Assembly: GCA_963675725.2 (NCBI GenBank)
Contig: CAXXXZ010000003.1
Span: 487,626 to 519,625 of the forward strand
Reading direction: 5' to 3'
From: Desulfobacterales bacterium
Lineage (GTDB): Bacteria > Desulfobacterota > Desulfobacteria > Desulfobacterales > JAFDDL01
Length of the DNA: 32,000 nt
Shown: positions 1-10,053 of the stretch, piece by piece
Position numbering within the stretch: position 1 is the stretch's first letter
Layout of the letters: each line of letters opens with the position of its first letter
The notes under the pieces: generated by a model
The model's database searches: none
Told to the model about the DNA's origin: nothing
Seen by the model: the letters and a program-made list of their open reading frames with translations, nothing else
Translations under genes and position numbers: made by a program

Positions 1-1
1 C

Positions 2-904
2 CTCCCCCATGCCATTGAGATTGCCAATCAAACCGGCTATGGCCTGACCGCTGGGCTGGAAAGCCTCGACCCCCGTGACCATAAACTTTGGCAGCACAAC
101 ATGCGGGCTGGCAATCTCTACATTAACCGTGAAACCACTGGCGCCATCGTCCTTCGGCAACCCTTTGGCGGTATGGGAAAATCCGCTATCGGGGCCGGCA
201 TCAAGGTGGGTGGCCCCAATTATGTCTCCCAGTTTATGGACCTTGAGGAAACATCCCCGCCCCCTGTTGGTGCTATTGGAAAAGGCCATCGCCTCCTGAG
301 GTTGGCCCACCTATGGGAGCAGAAACTCTCCTATGGTGAAGAAAGCGACCACGCCGAGGAACTAAGAAAAACCGTTTTTGCCATCAAGAGCTACCTCTTT
401 CAATTCGAGACAGAATTTTCATGCAGAAAAGACTACTTCCATCTTCGAGGTCAGGACAACCATCTGCGGTACCTTCCCATTGGTAACGTCGCTGTCCGCG
501 TCCATAAAGAAGATACCTTATTTGATGTCCTGGCCCGCATCGCAGCCGCTGAAATAGCAGGATGTAGCCCAACTCTGAGCCTACCGAAAGATTTAAAAAA
601 CAACATCTCTGACTTTTTGGCCAGCACTGATGGGAAACGGTTTTTAGGCAATACCCCAGTTATGGAACAGGCCGATGAAGCCCTCGTCGCTACAATTCCT
701 AAACTTCAGCGAATTCGATACGCCGCCCCTGATCGGGCCCCTGCATTGGTGTTGTTTGAAGCCGCCAAAACCGGTTTCCACATCTCCCGCACGCCGGTTT
801 ATATGGAAGGCCGCATCGAACTCATCCAGTATTTCCGGGAGCAGAGCATCAGCCATAATTATCATCGATATGGGAATTTAGGAGAACGGGCGTTATTACC
901 ATAA
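2..904 (+). CDS. putA: C-terminal part of bifunctional proline dehydrogenase / L-glutamate gamma-semialdehyde dehydrogenase (PutA-like), 5' truncated by window edge
   Basis: Frame 2 is open from the window edge: SPHAIEIANQTGYGLTAGLESLDPRDHKLWQHNMRAGNLYINRETTGAIVLRQPFGGMGKSAIGAGIKVGGPNYVSQF, an aldehyde dehydrogenase C-terminal signature of the P5C dehydrogenase type, with an extra C-terminal domain ending QSISHNYHRYGNLGERALLP. Confidence 0.85.
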   Translation, partial: LPHAIEIANQTGYGLTAGLESLDPRDHKLWQHNMRAGNLYINRETTGAIVLRQPFGGMGKSAIGAGIKVGGPNYVSQFMDLEETSPPPVGAIGKGHRLLRLAHLWEQKLSYGEESDHAEELRKTVFAIKSYLFQFETEFSCRKDYFHLRGQDNHLRYLPIGNVAVRVHKEDTLFDVLARIAAAEIAGCSPTLSLPKDLKNNISDFLASTDGKRFLGNTPVMEQADEALVATIPKLQRIRYAAPDRAPALVLFEAAKTGFHISRTPVYMEGRIELIQYFREQSISHNYHRYGNLGERALLP

Positions 905-933
905 ATAGTGCCCGTTTCAAGCCAAAAACTTTG

Positions 934-964
934 ATTTCCCCTCCCCGACAAGGGGAGGGGAAAT
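934..964. terminator. Perfect 13-bp hairpin between convergent genes; possible bidirectional terminator or small repeat element
   Basis: ATTTCCCCTCCCC-GACAA-GGGGAGGGGAAAT, exact 13-bp inverted repeat with 5-nt loop, lying between the + strand gene ending at 904 and the - strand gene ending at 1014. It lacks a strong U tract. Confidence 0.4.
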
Positions 965-1013
965 TTCCGATGTAGGACAGAGTTGAAGATAATCCTTGCA
1001 CCCTCAACTAAAA

Positions 1014-1523
1014 TTAAAAATCTGAAATCAGCGCATATCCATTAAGCTGGTACCCGATCGCAGATATCCACCCATTATCCACCTTGTTAATCTCCGGCAG
1101 GATAGAGTCAGGATCAATCCCCATCAACTCCACCGCGGCCACGCAAATCTCAAGTTTGATCCCGTCTTTTGCCATCTTTGAAACTATACCGGCAATGGTA
1201 TCCAAATGGGCTGCTGCCTCTGGCGCCAGGCCTTCCCTGGTTTTCGACACCAATTTAACGGCCGGCCCCATAAAAACAACAATAACCTCTGGTTTCTTTG
1301 AATTGATGTGTAGATTGGGATCTTTGAACGTCTTGTGTATCAAATCCAGATGGACCGCAGCTACCTTTGGATTTCCCACCCTCACATCAAACACTGCCCT
1401 GACCGAATCGAGCCCTTTCAGGGCATTGTACTGACTGGCAAAAGAGCTTACCGGCAATAGCAACCCGATCGCCACTGCAATAATAAGGTATTGTAATCTT
1501 TTGTTGTTATATTTTAAATTCAT
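1014..1523 (-). CDS. DsrE-family-like exported protein
   Basis: 169-aa ORF with N-terminal signal-like segment (LLLPVSSFA) and DsrE-like text (KPEVIVVFMGPAVKLVSKTREG...IKLEICVAAVELMGIDPDSILPEINKVDNGWISAIGYQLNGYALI). Confidence 0.65.
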   Translation of the reverse strand: MNLKYNNKRLQYLIIAVAIGLLLPVSSFASQYNALKGLDSVRAVFDVRVGNPKVAAVHLDLIHKTFKDPNLHINSKKPEVIVVFMGPAVKLVSKTREGLAPEAAAHLDTIAGIVSKMAKDGIKLEICVAAVELMGIDPDSILPEINKVDNGWISAIGYQLNGYALISDF

Positions 1524-1728
1524 ATGGGTTCCTTCTTATATTCGAACTGTAAGGTATTCATTTTTTCGAAAGGCTGTTTCTGACACGTATACAAAGAACA
1601 TAGGGATTCAAATCAAAATCACAACCCCATAGAGTTGTTATGGACATATGATTATGGCATAATTCCAATACCAAACAGGTAAATACCTATCGATTTTTGT
1701 CATTTTATTTTTCTAACAGGAGATTGAT

Positions 1729-2544
1729 ATGTTGGATCTTTTTTCTGGACTGCATCCGATCTACCAGGCCCTGATCGCCACCTTGTTTACCTGGTTTATG
1801 ACCGCAGCAGGCGCTGCGTTGGTTTTTTTCTTCAAAACTATCCAGAAAACCTTTCTGGATGCCATGCTCGGGTTTGCTGCCGGCGTCATGATTGCTGCCT
1901 CCTACTGGTCCCTGCTGGCACCGGCAATCGAAATGGCAGAAAACGCCGCCGCCCTGCCGGCCTGGGTACCGGCGACCTCGGGATTTCTGCTTGGCGGCGC
2001 ATTTCTCTGGATTGTCGATAAACTGCTGCCCCACCTTCATCCTGGCTTTCCAAAGGAAGAGGCAGAGGGCATCACCACCAGTTGGCGGCGAAGTGTTTTA
2101 CTCATCCTGGCGATTACAATTCATAACGTCCCCGAAGGCTTGGCCGTTGGTGTGGCTTTTGGGGCGCTGGCAGCCGACCTGCCCTCCGCTTCCCTGGGTG
2201 CAGCCATGGCGCTGGCGCTCGGTATTGGTATTCAAAACTTCCCCGAGGGAACAGCGGTGTCGGTCCCCCTTCGCCGGGAAGGTTTTTCCAGATTTAGAAG
2301 CTTTTGGTACGGTCAGTTGTCCGGAGTTGTAGAGCCGGTTGCCGGTGTTGTAGGGGCCGTTCTAGTGGTCTTCATGGAACCCATGCTACCCTATGCCCTC
2401 TCCTTTGCAGCCGGTGCCATGATTTATGTGGTGGTAGAAGAACTGATTCCCGAATCTCAACATGAAAAGCACACCGATGTGGCCACTGTCGGCGCCATGA
2501 TGGGATTTGCCGTGATGATGACCCTTGATGTTGCGTTGGGATAG
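1729..2544 (+). CDS. ZIP family metal transporter
   Basis: 271-aa membrane ORF with ZIP motifs: [38 protein letters not shown]. Confidence 0.9.
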   Translation: MLDLFSGLHPIYQALIATLFTWFMTAAGAALVFFFKTIQKTFLDAMLGFAAGVMIAASYWSLLAPAIEMAENAAALPAWVPATSGFLLGGAFLWIVDKLLPHLHPGFPKEEAEGITTSWRRSVLLILAITIHNVPEGLAVGVAFGALAADLPSASLGAAMALALGIGIQNFPEGTAVSVPLRREGFSRFRSFWYGQLSGVVEPVAGVVGAVLVVFMEPMLPYALSFAAGAMIYVVVEELIPESQHEKHTDVATVGAMMGFAVMMTLDVALG

Positions 2545-2626
2545 AGCGTTGCGACTTTTTGCCTTACTGGCTCAATATGGTCGGTAAATATAGGTCTCCA
2601 CGCTGCTTCTGTTTCTAAAGACAATA

Positions 2627-2824
2627 TTAGCCGTGAATGGCCTTAACCCGGCCCACAAGGCCGCTTTCCAAACGAACCTTGATCCCGTGAGGGTGTGTGG
2701 CAGATTTGGTCAGAATCGTCTGAACAACGCCGTCGGTAAGTTTTCCGGTTCTCTGATCCTTCTTTAAAACAATAGAAACTTTCAGGCCGGCTCTTATATC
2801 GGATCTTTTGGTTCCGCCTGGCAT
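2627..2824 (-). CDS. ywbE: YwbE family protein (DUF2196)
   Basis: 65-aa ORF: RSDIRAGLKVSIVLKKDQRTGKLTDGVVQTILTKSATHPHGIKVRLESGLVGRVK, the characteristic YwbE sequence. Confidence 0.85.
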   Translation of the reverse strand: MPGGTKRSDIRAGLKVSIVLKKDQRTGKLTDGVVQTILTKSATHPHGIKVRLESGLVGRVKAIHG

Positions 2825-2845
2825 TTTAAAATTCCTTCATTGCTT

Positions 2846-3520
2846 TTAGGGTTTTTCTGCAATCCAGATGGTGTGTCGGCTTCCCTTTCCAGGCTTGTGG
2901 GCTCTCACCGAGGTGATTTCTGTTTTAAATCCACACTGTTTAAGGCGATGGGTAAATGCCTCGTCTGAAACGCAGGACCATACGGATAAAACGCCTCCGG
3001 GACAAAGTGCCGAAAAGGCTGCGTTAAGACCGGCGTTGCTGTAAAGGTAATTATTGGCTTTTCGTGCGAGCCCATCGGGGCCATTGTCTACATCAAGTAG
3101 TATTGCATTCCAGATGGATTTCCCTTGCCTGATGGTTTTCGCGACATCTTCTTCTTTTACAGTTACCCGGGGATCCTCTAACGGCATGCCCGCTAAATGT
3201 CCCAAGTGCTCTCGGTTCCATTTGACCACTGCTGGGATCAGCTCGACGACAGTGATTTGCGTCCTTGGCTCTGCTCGTGCAAGCGCAGCCGCCAGCGTGT
3301 AGCCCATGCCGAGGCCTCCGATAAGAATTTTCTGGCCGGAGGTTCGTTTCATTCGATTGCAGCTGAACTTGGCCAGCGCGTCTTCAGAGCCGTGGCGGCG
3401 GCTATTCATCAACTCAGTGCCTGCGATTCGAATCGAGAATTCCGCATCTCGTTTCAAAAGGGTGACGTCACCATTCCCCCCAGGTATTTCCGCCCGATCA
3501 ATTTCCGCCCAGGGAATCAC
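2846..3520 (-). CDS. Spermidine synthase-like SAM-dependent methyltransferase
   Basis: KILIGGLGMGYTLAAALARAEPRTQITVVELIPAVVKWNREHLG... and WNAILLDVDNGPDGLA, a Rossmann methyltransferase/spermidine synthase fold. Confidence 0.75.
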   Translation of the reverse strand: MIPWAEIDRAEIPGGNGDVTLLKRDAEFSIRIAGTELMNSRRHGSEDALAKFSCNRMKRTSGQKILIGGLGMGYTLAAALARAEPRTQITVVELIPAVVKWNREHLGHLAGMPLEDPRVTVKEEDVAKTIRQGKSIWNAILLDVDNGPDGLARKANNYLYSNAGLNAAFSALCPGGVLSVWSCVSDEAFTHRLKQCGFKTEITSVRAHKPGKGSRHTIWIAEKP

Positions 3521-3557
3521 GCGTCTTTCCTTAGCTGATAGATTGTTTGCAGCATTT

Positions 3558-4037
3558 TCATGTCGTCTCTTTTCTCAGTGCCGCCCTCGAAGCTCTATCC
3601 ACAAGCGTAAAAAACCGATCTATCTGATTCTTCTGGTTCGAAACCTGATGGCCATGCACTTTAATAAAATCACAGCCCAAACGATCGGTTACAGCATAAA
3701 AATCCCGATAGAGTTCAAAATTATTAAGGCGTCGTTTTTTTTTTGAGCAGTAATCATTTTTTTCAAACCGATCGCGCCGTCCTTGTAATCCCATGATGCT
3801 TTGTGAGTCCGTATATGCAACGATTCGGCACTCATATGAACGGATATCGGTTAGGGCCCAAATGATTGTCTGTAATTCCAGTTTGGTAGAGGATGTGTGC
3901 GCAAAACGCTTCAATTTCACGCGCGTTTTTAAAAAATCTATCGGTAAATTCATATCAGATACTGCAAGGTAGGCCCCAAATCCGGTGTTCGTTTGAGGGT
4001 TCACACTACCATCGACAAATAGCATCAGGTCATCCAT
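3558..4037 (-). CDS. Ribonuclease HI-like protein
   Basis: MLFVDGSVNPQTNTGFGAYLAVSD, TSSTKLELQTIIWAL, YTDSQ, FFTLVDRASR: acidic residues at RNase H positions. Confidence 0.75.
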   Translation of the reverse strand: MDDLMLFVDGSVNPQTNTGFGAYLAVSDMNLPIDFLKTRVKLKRFAHTSSTKLELQTIIWALTDIRSYECRIVAYTDSQSIMGLQGRRDRFEKNDYCSKKKRRLNNFELYRDFYAVTDRLGCDFIKVHGHQVSNQKNQIDRFFTLVDRASRAALRKETT

Positions 4038-4058
4038 AATGTTCTCGATTAAAAGTAG

Positions 4059-5042
4059 CTATTGTCCATGCTGAAAAGAAGAAAGGGTTATTGCCGGGTG
4101 CATAACGTGCTGCTGCTGAAAGGGGGTACATACCCCTACCTGGTAGACTGCCGGCAGCACCTTATAGATACGGTTAAACGTTTCCGGGATGCAGGCAAAC
4201 AAGAGCTCATAGTCCTCACCACCTGCCAAAGCCATCTCCAATGGATTCAAACCATGTTTCCCGCAAAAAACAGATAGGTCCTTATCGACTCCGATGCCTT
4301 CCAAATTGAGCGAAATCGTCACGTGGGAAGCCTTTGCCATATGTTTTGCGTCGCCGGAGAGGCCGTCGCTGATGTCCATGAGGCACGAAACACCGTGCCG
4401 GGCCAACACGGCTGCCGCATCAAACCGGGCCCGGGGAAATTTAAAACAGTCCACAAGGGATGAAAAATTTTTATCCCCCGACTTTAGGGCTTCAAGTCCG
4501 CCCCGGGAACGCCCAAGGGGGCCTGTAACATAAACACCAAACCCCGGCTGTGCCGCCGATCGCTTGGGAAAAACGTCCTCGCGCCCCTCACCAATGGCAA
4601 AAAGATCCAGGGACAACTCGCTGCCGCGGGACACATTCCCCCCTCCCAAACTGCATCGATAGTGTGCCAGCTCATCTGCAATACCTCTGTACAGGGCCTC
4701 AACATAGCGTACCGATAGGGTGGGGGGTAAGGACAAATTGACAAACAGCGCCACCGGTCGGGCATAGGAGGCTGCCAAATCACTGAGGGTTATGGCAACT
4801 GCCTTTTTCCCGATCTCCTCGGGCCGCTGCCACGCGGTTTTGAAATGGACATTCTCCTTTTGCGTGTCCGTGGTGATTATTGGCCGGGCGAGGGACGCCA
4901 ACAGGCAAGCATCATCACCGGCCGGCTCACGAACTGTGCCGGAAAGGTTTAACACCTTTTTTGAGGTATCCAGCAGCGTTCGAATCAGGTCAAATTCGTC
5001 CTGCCAGGGGCGGTCATCGCCATGGTGGCACAGGTCGCTCAA
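4059..5042 (-). CDS. thiL: Thiamine-monophosphate kinase
   Basis: 327 aa: GDDACLLA, ITTDTQKENVHF, KKAVAITLSDLAA, GGGNVSRGSELSL, CLMDISDGLSGD, ALAGGEDYELLF. Confidence 0.9.
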   Translation of the reverse strand: MSDLCHHGDDRPWQDEFDLIRTLLDTSKKVLNLSGTVREPAGDDACLLASLARPIITTDTQKENVHFKTAWQRPEEIGKKAVAITLSDLAASYARPVALFVNLSLPPTLSVRYVEALYRGIADELAHYRCSLGGGNVSRGSELSLDLFAIGEGREDVFPKRSAAQPGFGVYVTGPLGRSRGGLEALKSGDKNFSSLVDCFKFPRARFDAAAVLARHGVSCLMDISDGLSGDAKHMAKASHVTISLNLEGIGVDKDLSVFCGKHGLNPLEMALAGGEDYELLFACIPETFNRIYKVLPAVYQVGVCTPFQQQHVMHPAITLSSFQHGQ

Positions 5043-5093
5043 AACGTCGCTCCCGAAAAATTATGCCTAAAAATTATGATGGAGATGCGGCTT

Positions 5094-5678
5094 TTAATAC
5101 GGCCGGTCCTCAGCAACCGCGCTCTCATTCGCCAAGCCGAACGCCTTGTCCCAGGCCAGAAAGAGTTCGCCCTTTTCCTGCCCGTAAGGCACCAACCCCT
5201 TTACAATGTCCGGCACCTTCTTTTCAGCGCCATTGCCATTGGCCGATTTTGAAAAAAATTTGTCCGCATAGCAAATCAGCTTTTCCTCAATGGTCTGAGG
5301 CACCATGTCCCGCTGGGGCAGAGGAAGCCTAAACTGGCGCACTTCCGAAGCAAATATCCCAACCCCGACATGGCGTTCGCACACCAATCCATGGCGTACC
5401 AACCCCTTTTCCACCAGCAAATCTCGTCCCAGATATCCATGGCAGAGATAGGGATGGGTACCGGTGCATCCTAAATCTGGCGTGTTGGTCAAAAAAATAC
5501 CAATATCATGAAGCATGGCCGCCTCTTCGATAAATTCGAGGTCAGGATATAAATGTTGTACCGCCTCAGCAGCCGCCAGTGCTTTTTGGGCAACCTGTTG
5601 CCCATGCTTTACAAGAAGTTGAAACGCCTTGGACGCAGGATCGTAAAATTCTTTTATGACTTCAACCGGGTCCATCAT
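5094..5678 (-). CDS. HD domain-containing phosphohydrolase
   Basis: 194 aa: [12 protein letters not shown]..., [23 protein letters not shown]. Confidence 0.85.
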   Translation of the reverse strand: MMDPVEVIKEFYDPASKAFQLLVKHGQQVAQKALAAAEAVQHLYPDLEFIEEAAMLHDIGIFLTNTPDLGCTGTHPYLCHGYLGRDLLVEKGLVRHGLVCERHVGVGIFASEVRQFRLPLPQRDMVPQTIEEKLICYADKFFSKSANGNGAEKKVPDIVKGLVPYGQEKGELFLAWDKAFGLANESAVAEDRPY

Positions 5679-6774
5679 TTTTTCTTTGCCAGCAGCGCGC
5701 CTTCAATAAACGTATCCAAATCACCGTCCAACACGGCATTGACATTACCGACATCCACATTGAGCCGGTGGTCTTTCACCATCTGATAGGGGTGAAGCAC
5801 ATAGGAGCGGATCTGGCTGCCCCAGGCGATATCATCCTTGCCGTCGTGGAGTTCCTGAAGCTTTTCCCGTTCTTTTTCCTGTTCCTGCTGATAAAGTCTA
5901 GCCTTTAAAACCTTCATGGCAAGATCTTTATTTCGATGCTGTGATTTTTCCTGCTGGCATTGCACCACAATTCCGGAGGGAAGATGCGTAATTCGAACGG
6001 CACTGCTGGTTTTGTTGACATGTTGCCCCCCGGCACCACTGGCCCGAAACACATCGATCCGCAAATCCTTTTCCGCAATGTCGATATTGATTTCCTTGTC
6101 CAGTTCGGGATAGACAAACACCGAAGCAAATGATGTATGGCGTTTACCGCTGGCATTAAAAGGAGAAATGCGGACCAACCGATGCACACCGATTTCAGTT
6201 TTAAGACGACCATAGGCATAGATACCACTGGCGGTAAACGTAACACTCTTGATGCCCGCTTCATCACCGGGGTTGCAAATCAATCAACTCATACTTGTAT
6301 CCCTTTTGCTCAACCCAGCGAAGGTACATACGAAAGAGCATTTCCGCCCAATCCTGGGCCTCGGTGCCGCCGGCCCCGGCATTGATCGAAACAATAGCAT
6401 TGTTCTGGTCATCCTCACCACTGAGCATGAGATCAATTGACAGTTTCTTTATGCCTTTTCCAAGCGCTTTTACCTGGTCGGCCACCTCCTTGAGAGCATC
6501 TTCGTCATCCTCTTCTTCAGCCAGTTCCAGAAAGGCTTCACAATCTTCAATTTCATGACAAAAGGCTTCAAAACGATCGATCTGGTTTGAAATCGCCGTT
6601 CGTTCTTTCAGGATGGGCTTACTCTTTTCAGGATCGTCCCAGAATCCCTCCTGGGTAAGCATCGCCTCAATCTCATCGAGTCGGTTTTTCTTGTTAGCAG
6701 GGTCAAAGATAACCTCGTATCTGTTCTATTTGTGAATGAAGTTCCTTTAGTTCGGATTTCTGTTCGAATGACAT
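5675..6774 (-). CDS. prfB: Peptide chain release factor 2, with canonical programmed +1 frameshift (TGA at 6705..6703) plus a second, non-canonical +1 break at 6269..6272
   Basis: Minus strand reads ATG TCA TTC GAA CAG ... CGA GGT TAT CTT TGA C ([23 protein letters not shown]), then +1 to [24 protein letters not shown]... The downstream ORF contains the SPF motif and [25 protein letters not shown]. The ORF track splits it at 6283/6264. Confidence 0.93.
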
Positions 6775-6775
6775 G

Positions 6776-8356
6776 TTACCTTCTCCTCTGTGTTATGAGA
6801 TCAAACCGAGTTTTTATTAACAACCCGCACATCCAAATACAGCAAATGGCAGGCAGCCAATCGCCCCATTTACCATAGGTTGTTCGGATCTTCAATATGG
6901 GGATCGAACGGGTCAGCACACTGTCTTCAAAAAGCGGGGTACTGGCCTGAGTCACGCCGGTGGGGTCGATAATGCCGCTAATGCCCGTATTGGCCGAACG
7001 AACCACCGACCGCCGGTTCTCCACAGCCCGAAACACCGCCATTGAAAAAAGCTGAAAGGGTGCACTGGAGCGACCATACCATGCATCATTGGTAAGATTG
7101 AGAAGAACATCGGCCCCGTTGTTTACAATCTGCCGCGAAAACTTGGGGAATACCATTTCATAACATATCTGCACCCCCAACTGACGGTCTTTCCAGGGAA
7201 GCGTTTGTCCTTTTTTCCCCGGCTCAAAATCGCCCACCGCCGTCACCATTTTACCAATAAAGGGCAGCCACTTTTTCAGCGGAACATACTCACCAAAGGG
7301 AACCAAATGGGCCTTGTCATAGCGGCCGGCCACGGATCCCTCCGCATTTATCAGATACGCGCTGTTACGATATACAACCCCTTTTTTATGTTTTTCAAAA
7401 GACGGACTACCAACAAGAAAATCAATCCCGAGGGATTTCACCAATTCAATGACCCGGTCGGTATAAGGCTGCTCATTTCCGAAATAGAACACGGCCGCTG
7501 TTTCCGGCCAAACCACCAAATGGGGTGCCATTTCGCCCGCCCGCTTGGATAATGAAAGGTATTTATCAACTGTGCTCTCGATAAAGGCAGGGTTCCATTT
7601 TAAATCCTGCCGGATATTGCCTTGAACAACGGATACCCGCGTTGATGACGCATTCTCCATCTGTTGTTTAACAGCACTGATCCGATAATTTCCGTAGATA
7701 AAAGATCCACCAAAGACAAGGGCATAGCTCAGTACAACCGTGAGGATCTGCCGGCCGGAAATGCGATTTCGCTGCTGGTCGGTTTTCGAAAAATACCGCC
7801 ATACAATGAAAAGGCACCCATTTCCCATTGCGATCAGAAAGGAAACCCCATATGTTCCGAATATATCGGATATCTGAATAATTCGCAACGCCTTGTATTG
7901 GGAATAACCGAGGAGCGCCCAGGGAAAGCCTGTCAGAACCGTCGCGCGAATAAACTCCAGGGAAACCCATAGGGCCGGTACAATCATCATGGTACCAACC
8001 GGGGAATGGCATAGTTTTCGGGCCAGGGCTGAAAAGATCCCCACATAGGCCGCCAGATAGGTGGCAAAAAGCAGCAGCACCAGGGCACTGAGATACCAGG
8101 GCAATCCGCCATAGGTTCGCATGGTGTCCCCGATCCAGTACATCAGGGTCAAATAATGAACCACCCCCGCCACCAACCCCACCCTGAAACTGTCCCAAAC
8201 CGTAAGCCGCCGAATCGATACGAGCAACGGTACCAGAGAAACCCACGCCAGCAGGAAAAGATCGAATTTAGGAAATGCCGCCGTGAGCAAAAAACCACTC
8301 AGCCCGGCTCCAAAAAGATGCTGCCGCTGAATTTTCTCGATGGCCAATGGTTCCAA
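6776..8356 (-). CDS. lnt: Apolipoprotein N-acyltransferase
   Basis: 526-aa membrane protein with CN hydrolase domain: VVWPETAAVF, RYDKAHLVPFGEYVPL, LGVQICYEMVFP, LLNLTNDAWYG, RSANTGISGII. Confidence 0.93.
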   Translation of the reverse strand: MEPLAIEKIQRQHLFGAGLSGFLLTAAFPKFDLFLLAWVSLVPLLVSIRRLTVWDSFRVGLVAGVVHYLTLMYWIGDTMRTYGGLPWYLSALVLLLFATYLAAYVGIFSALARKLCHSPVGTMMIVPALWVSLEFIRATVLTGFPWALLGYSQYKALRIIQISDIFGTYGVSFLIAMGNGCLFIVWRYFSKTDQQRNRISGRQILTVVLSYALVFGGSFIYGNYRISAVKQQMENASSTRVSVVQGNIRQDLKWNPAFIESTVDKYLSLSKRAGEMAPHLVVWPETAAVFYFGNEQPYTDRVIELVKSLGIDFLVGSPSFEKHKKGVVYRNSAYLINAEGSVAGRYDKAHLVPFGEYVPLKKWLPFIGKMVTAVGDFEPGKKGQTLPWKDRQLGVQICYEMVFPKFSRQIVNNGADVLLNLTNDAWYGRSSAPFQLFSMAVFRAVENRRSVVRSANTGISGIIDPTGVTQASTPLFEDSVLTRSIPILKIRTTYGKWGDWLPAICCIWMCGLLIKTRFDLITQRRR

Positions 8357-8469
8357 CGTGAATCCTATTTTGCTTATATTGAGCGATAGCGGTTATGAAA
8401 GATATATTCCGCAAAACTTCACAAAAGCCAGGGCACGAACTCAACTTGAAATGCAGCCCGCAGTCACGT

Positions 8470-8509
8470 AAAAAAGCCGGTGGCGCATAATGCCCCCCCG
8501 GCTTTTTTT
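8470..8509 (-). terminator. Rho-independent terminator downstream of the nfnAB genes
   Basis: AAAAAAGCCGG...CCGGCTTTTTTT. Read on the minus strand it is a GC-rich stem followed by a T tract, just beyond the nfnB stop at 8537. Confidence 0.75.
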
Positions 8510-8536
8510 AATTCAATATCAGGGAAAAACCGCTCG

Positions 8537-9946
8537 CTACCAGCCCCAAGTCAAATAATCATGAATGGAATTAGCAGCACTTCGGCCAGCACCCATGGCC
8601 AGAATAACGGTGGCAGCACCGGTTACAATGTCGCCGCCAGCCCATACGCCTCTTTTACTGGTTTTTCCGGTTAGGGGATCAGCTTCAATGTATCCCCATT
8701 TGTTCAACGCCATATCCTCTGTTGAACTGGTCAACAATGGGTTGGCACCCGATCCAACGGCTACAACCACCAGGTCGCAGTCCATCTTGAACTCAGAGCC
8801 TTTCACCGCCACCGGGCGACGCCGACCGGAATCATCCGGTTCACCAAGTTCCATTTTCAGACATTCCATACCGGTGAGCCGACCCTGCTCATTCCCGAGA
8901 TATTTGGTTGGAGTCGTTAACAGAAAAAATTCGATCCCCTCTTCTTCAGCATGATGAATTTCAGCTCCTCTGGCCGGCATCTCATCTCTGGACCGGCGAT
9001 ACACAATACGAACCCGGTCCGCACCCAACCGCATGGCGGTCCGCGCTGAATCCATCGCCACGTTACCCGCACCAAGCACTACCACATCTTTTGCTCTCGG
9101 AATCGGCGTGTCGTATTCCGGGAACCGGTATGCCTTCATCAGATTGGCCCGTGTGAGGTATTCATTGGCAGAAAGAATCCCCACCAGGTTCTCACCAGGG
9201 ATATTCATAAACCGCGGAAGACCGGCCCCGACACCTACATAAATGGCCTCATAGCCTTCCTCGAAAAGCTCATCCAAAGAAACGGTGCTCCCGACAACGG
9301 CATTACACTGAACATCAACGCCGAGCCTCTCGAGGAAATTCACCTCCTGGGCAACGATGTCTTTGGGCAGCCGAAACTCCGGGATGCCGTAGACCAGCAC
9401 ACCACCAGCCTTATGAAAGGCCTCAAAAACGGTCACGGAATGCCCTTTGGCAATCAGGTCACCGGCCACAGTAAGCCCTGAAGGCCCGGACCCCACCACC
9501 GCAACCTTCTTTCCAGTGGGCGCTGCCTTGGGCGGCAGTTCACCGGTTCCGTTGGTCCGCTCCCAATCGGCCGCAAAACGTTCCAGGTTGCCGATCGCCA
9601 CAGGGGCGTCCTTCTTGCCGACAATACACCGTCCCTCGCACTGGCTCTCCTGGGGGCAGACTCGTCCGCATACTGCGGGCAAGCTGTTCTGGGTCCACAA
9701 TTTTCGAATTGCAGCGGTAAAATCACCCTCCGCAATCAATTTAATAAACCCGGGAATATCAATACCAACGGGGCATCCTTCAACGCAGGCCGGTTTTTTA
9801 CACTGTAAACAGCGCGTTGCTTCCAGCTTTGCTTGCTCAGGTGAGTATCCCAGAGGCACTTCCTCGAAATTTCGCCGTCTGACCTCTGCCGGTTGCTCCG
9901 GCATGGCCTGTCGTGATATTTTTTCTTTTTTTGGTTTCTCTGCCAT
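8537..9946 (-). CDS. nfnB: NADPH-dependent glutamate synthase small-chain-like / Nfn large subunit (NfnB-like)
   Basis: LQCKKPACVEGCPVGIDIPGFIKLI..., CGRVCPQESQCEGRC, VAVVGSGPSGLTVAGDL, VVVLGAGNVAMDSARTAMRLGA; adjacent to an NfnA-like gene. Confidence 0.88.
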   Translation of the reverse strand: MAEKPKKEKISRQAMPEQPAEVRRRNFEEVPLGYSPEQAKLEATRCLQCKKPACVEGCPVGIDIPGFIKLIAEGDFTAAIRKLWTQNSLPAVCGRVCPQESQCEGRCIVGKKDAPVAIGNLERFAADWERTNGTGELPPKAAPTGKKVAVVGSGPSGLTVAGDLIAKGHSVTVFEAFHKAGGVLVYGIPEFRLPKDIVAQEVNFLERLGVDVQCNAVVGSTVSLDELFEEGYEAIYVGVGAGLPRFMNIPGENLVGILSANEYLTRANLMKAYRFPEYDTPIPRAKDVVVLGAGNVAMDSARTAMRLGADRVRIVYRRSRDEMPARGAEIHHAEEEGIEFFLLTTPTKYLGNEQGRLTGMECLKMELGEPDDSGRRRPVAVKGSEFKMDCDLVVVAVGSGANPLLTSSTEDMALNKWGYIEADPLTGKTSKRGVWAGGDIVTGAATVILAMGAGRSAANSIHDYLTWGW

Positions 9947-10053
9947 ATGAACCCTCCATAGAACAAATCCAATATGTGGTTGGTTTCAGTTCTTCAATAA
10001 TCGTTGTTTAGTAAATCGGTTGCACCGCATCGGGCGTCATTGCCCGATATCGC

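Noticed and set aside
4059-5332. Several + strand ORFs (4294..4533, 4550..4741, 4792..5070, 4880..5332)
   Set aside because: They are antisense to thiL and the HD-domain gene, low-complexity Pro/Arg/Ser-rich and without recognisable domains.
7668-8246. 192-aa minus-strand ORF (MGFSGTVARIDSAAYG...)
   Set aside because: It lies inside lnt in another frame. The lnt frame has clear family motifs and this one has none.
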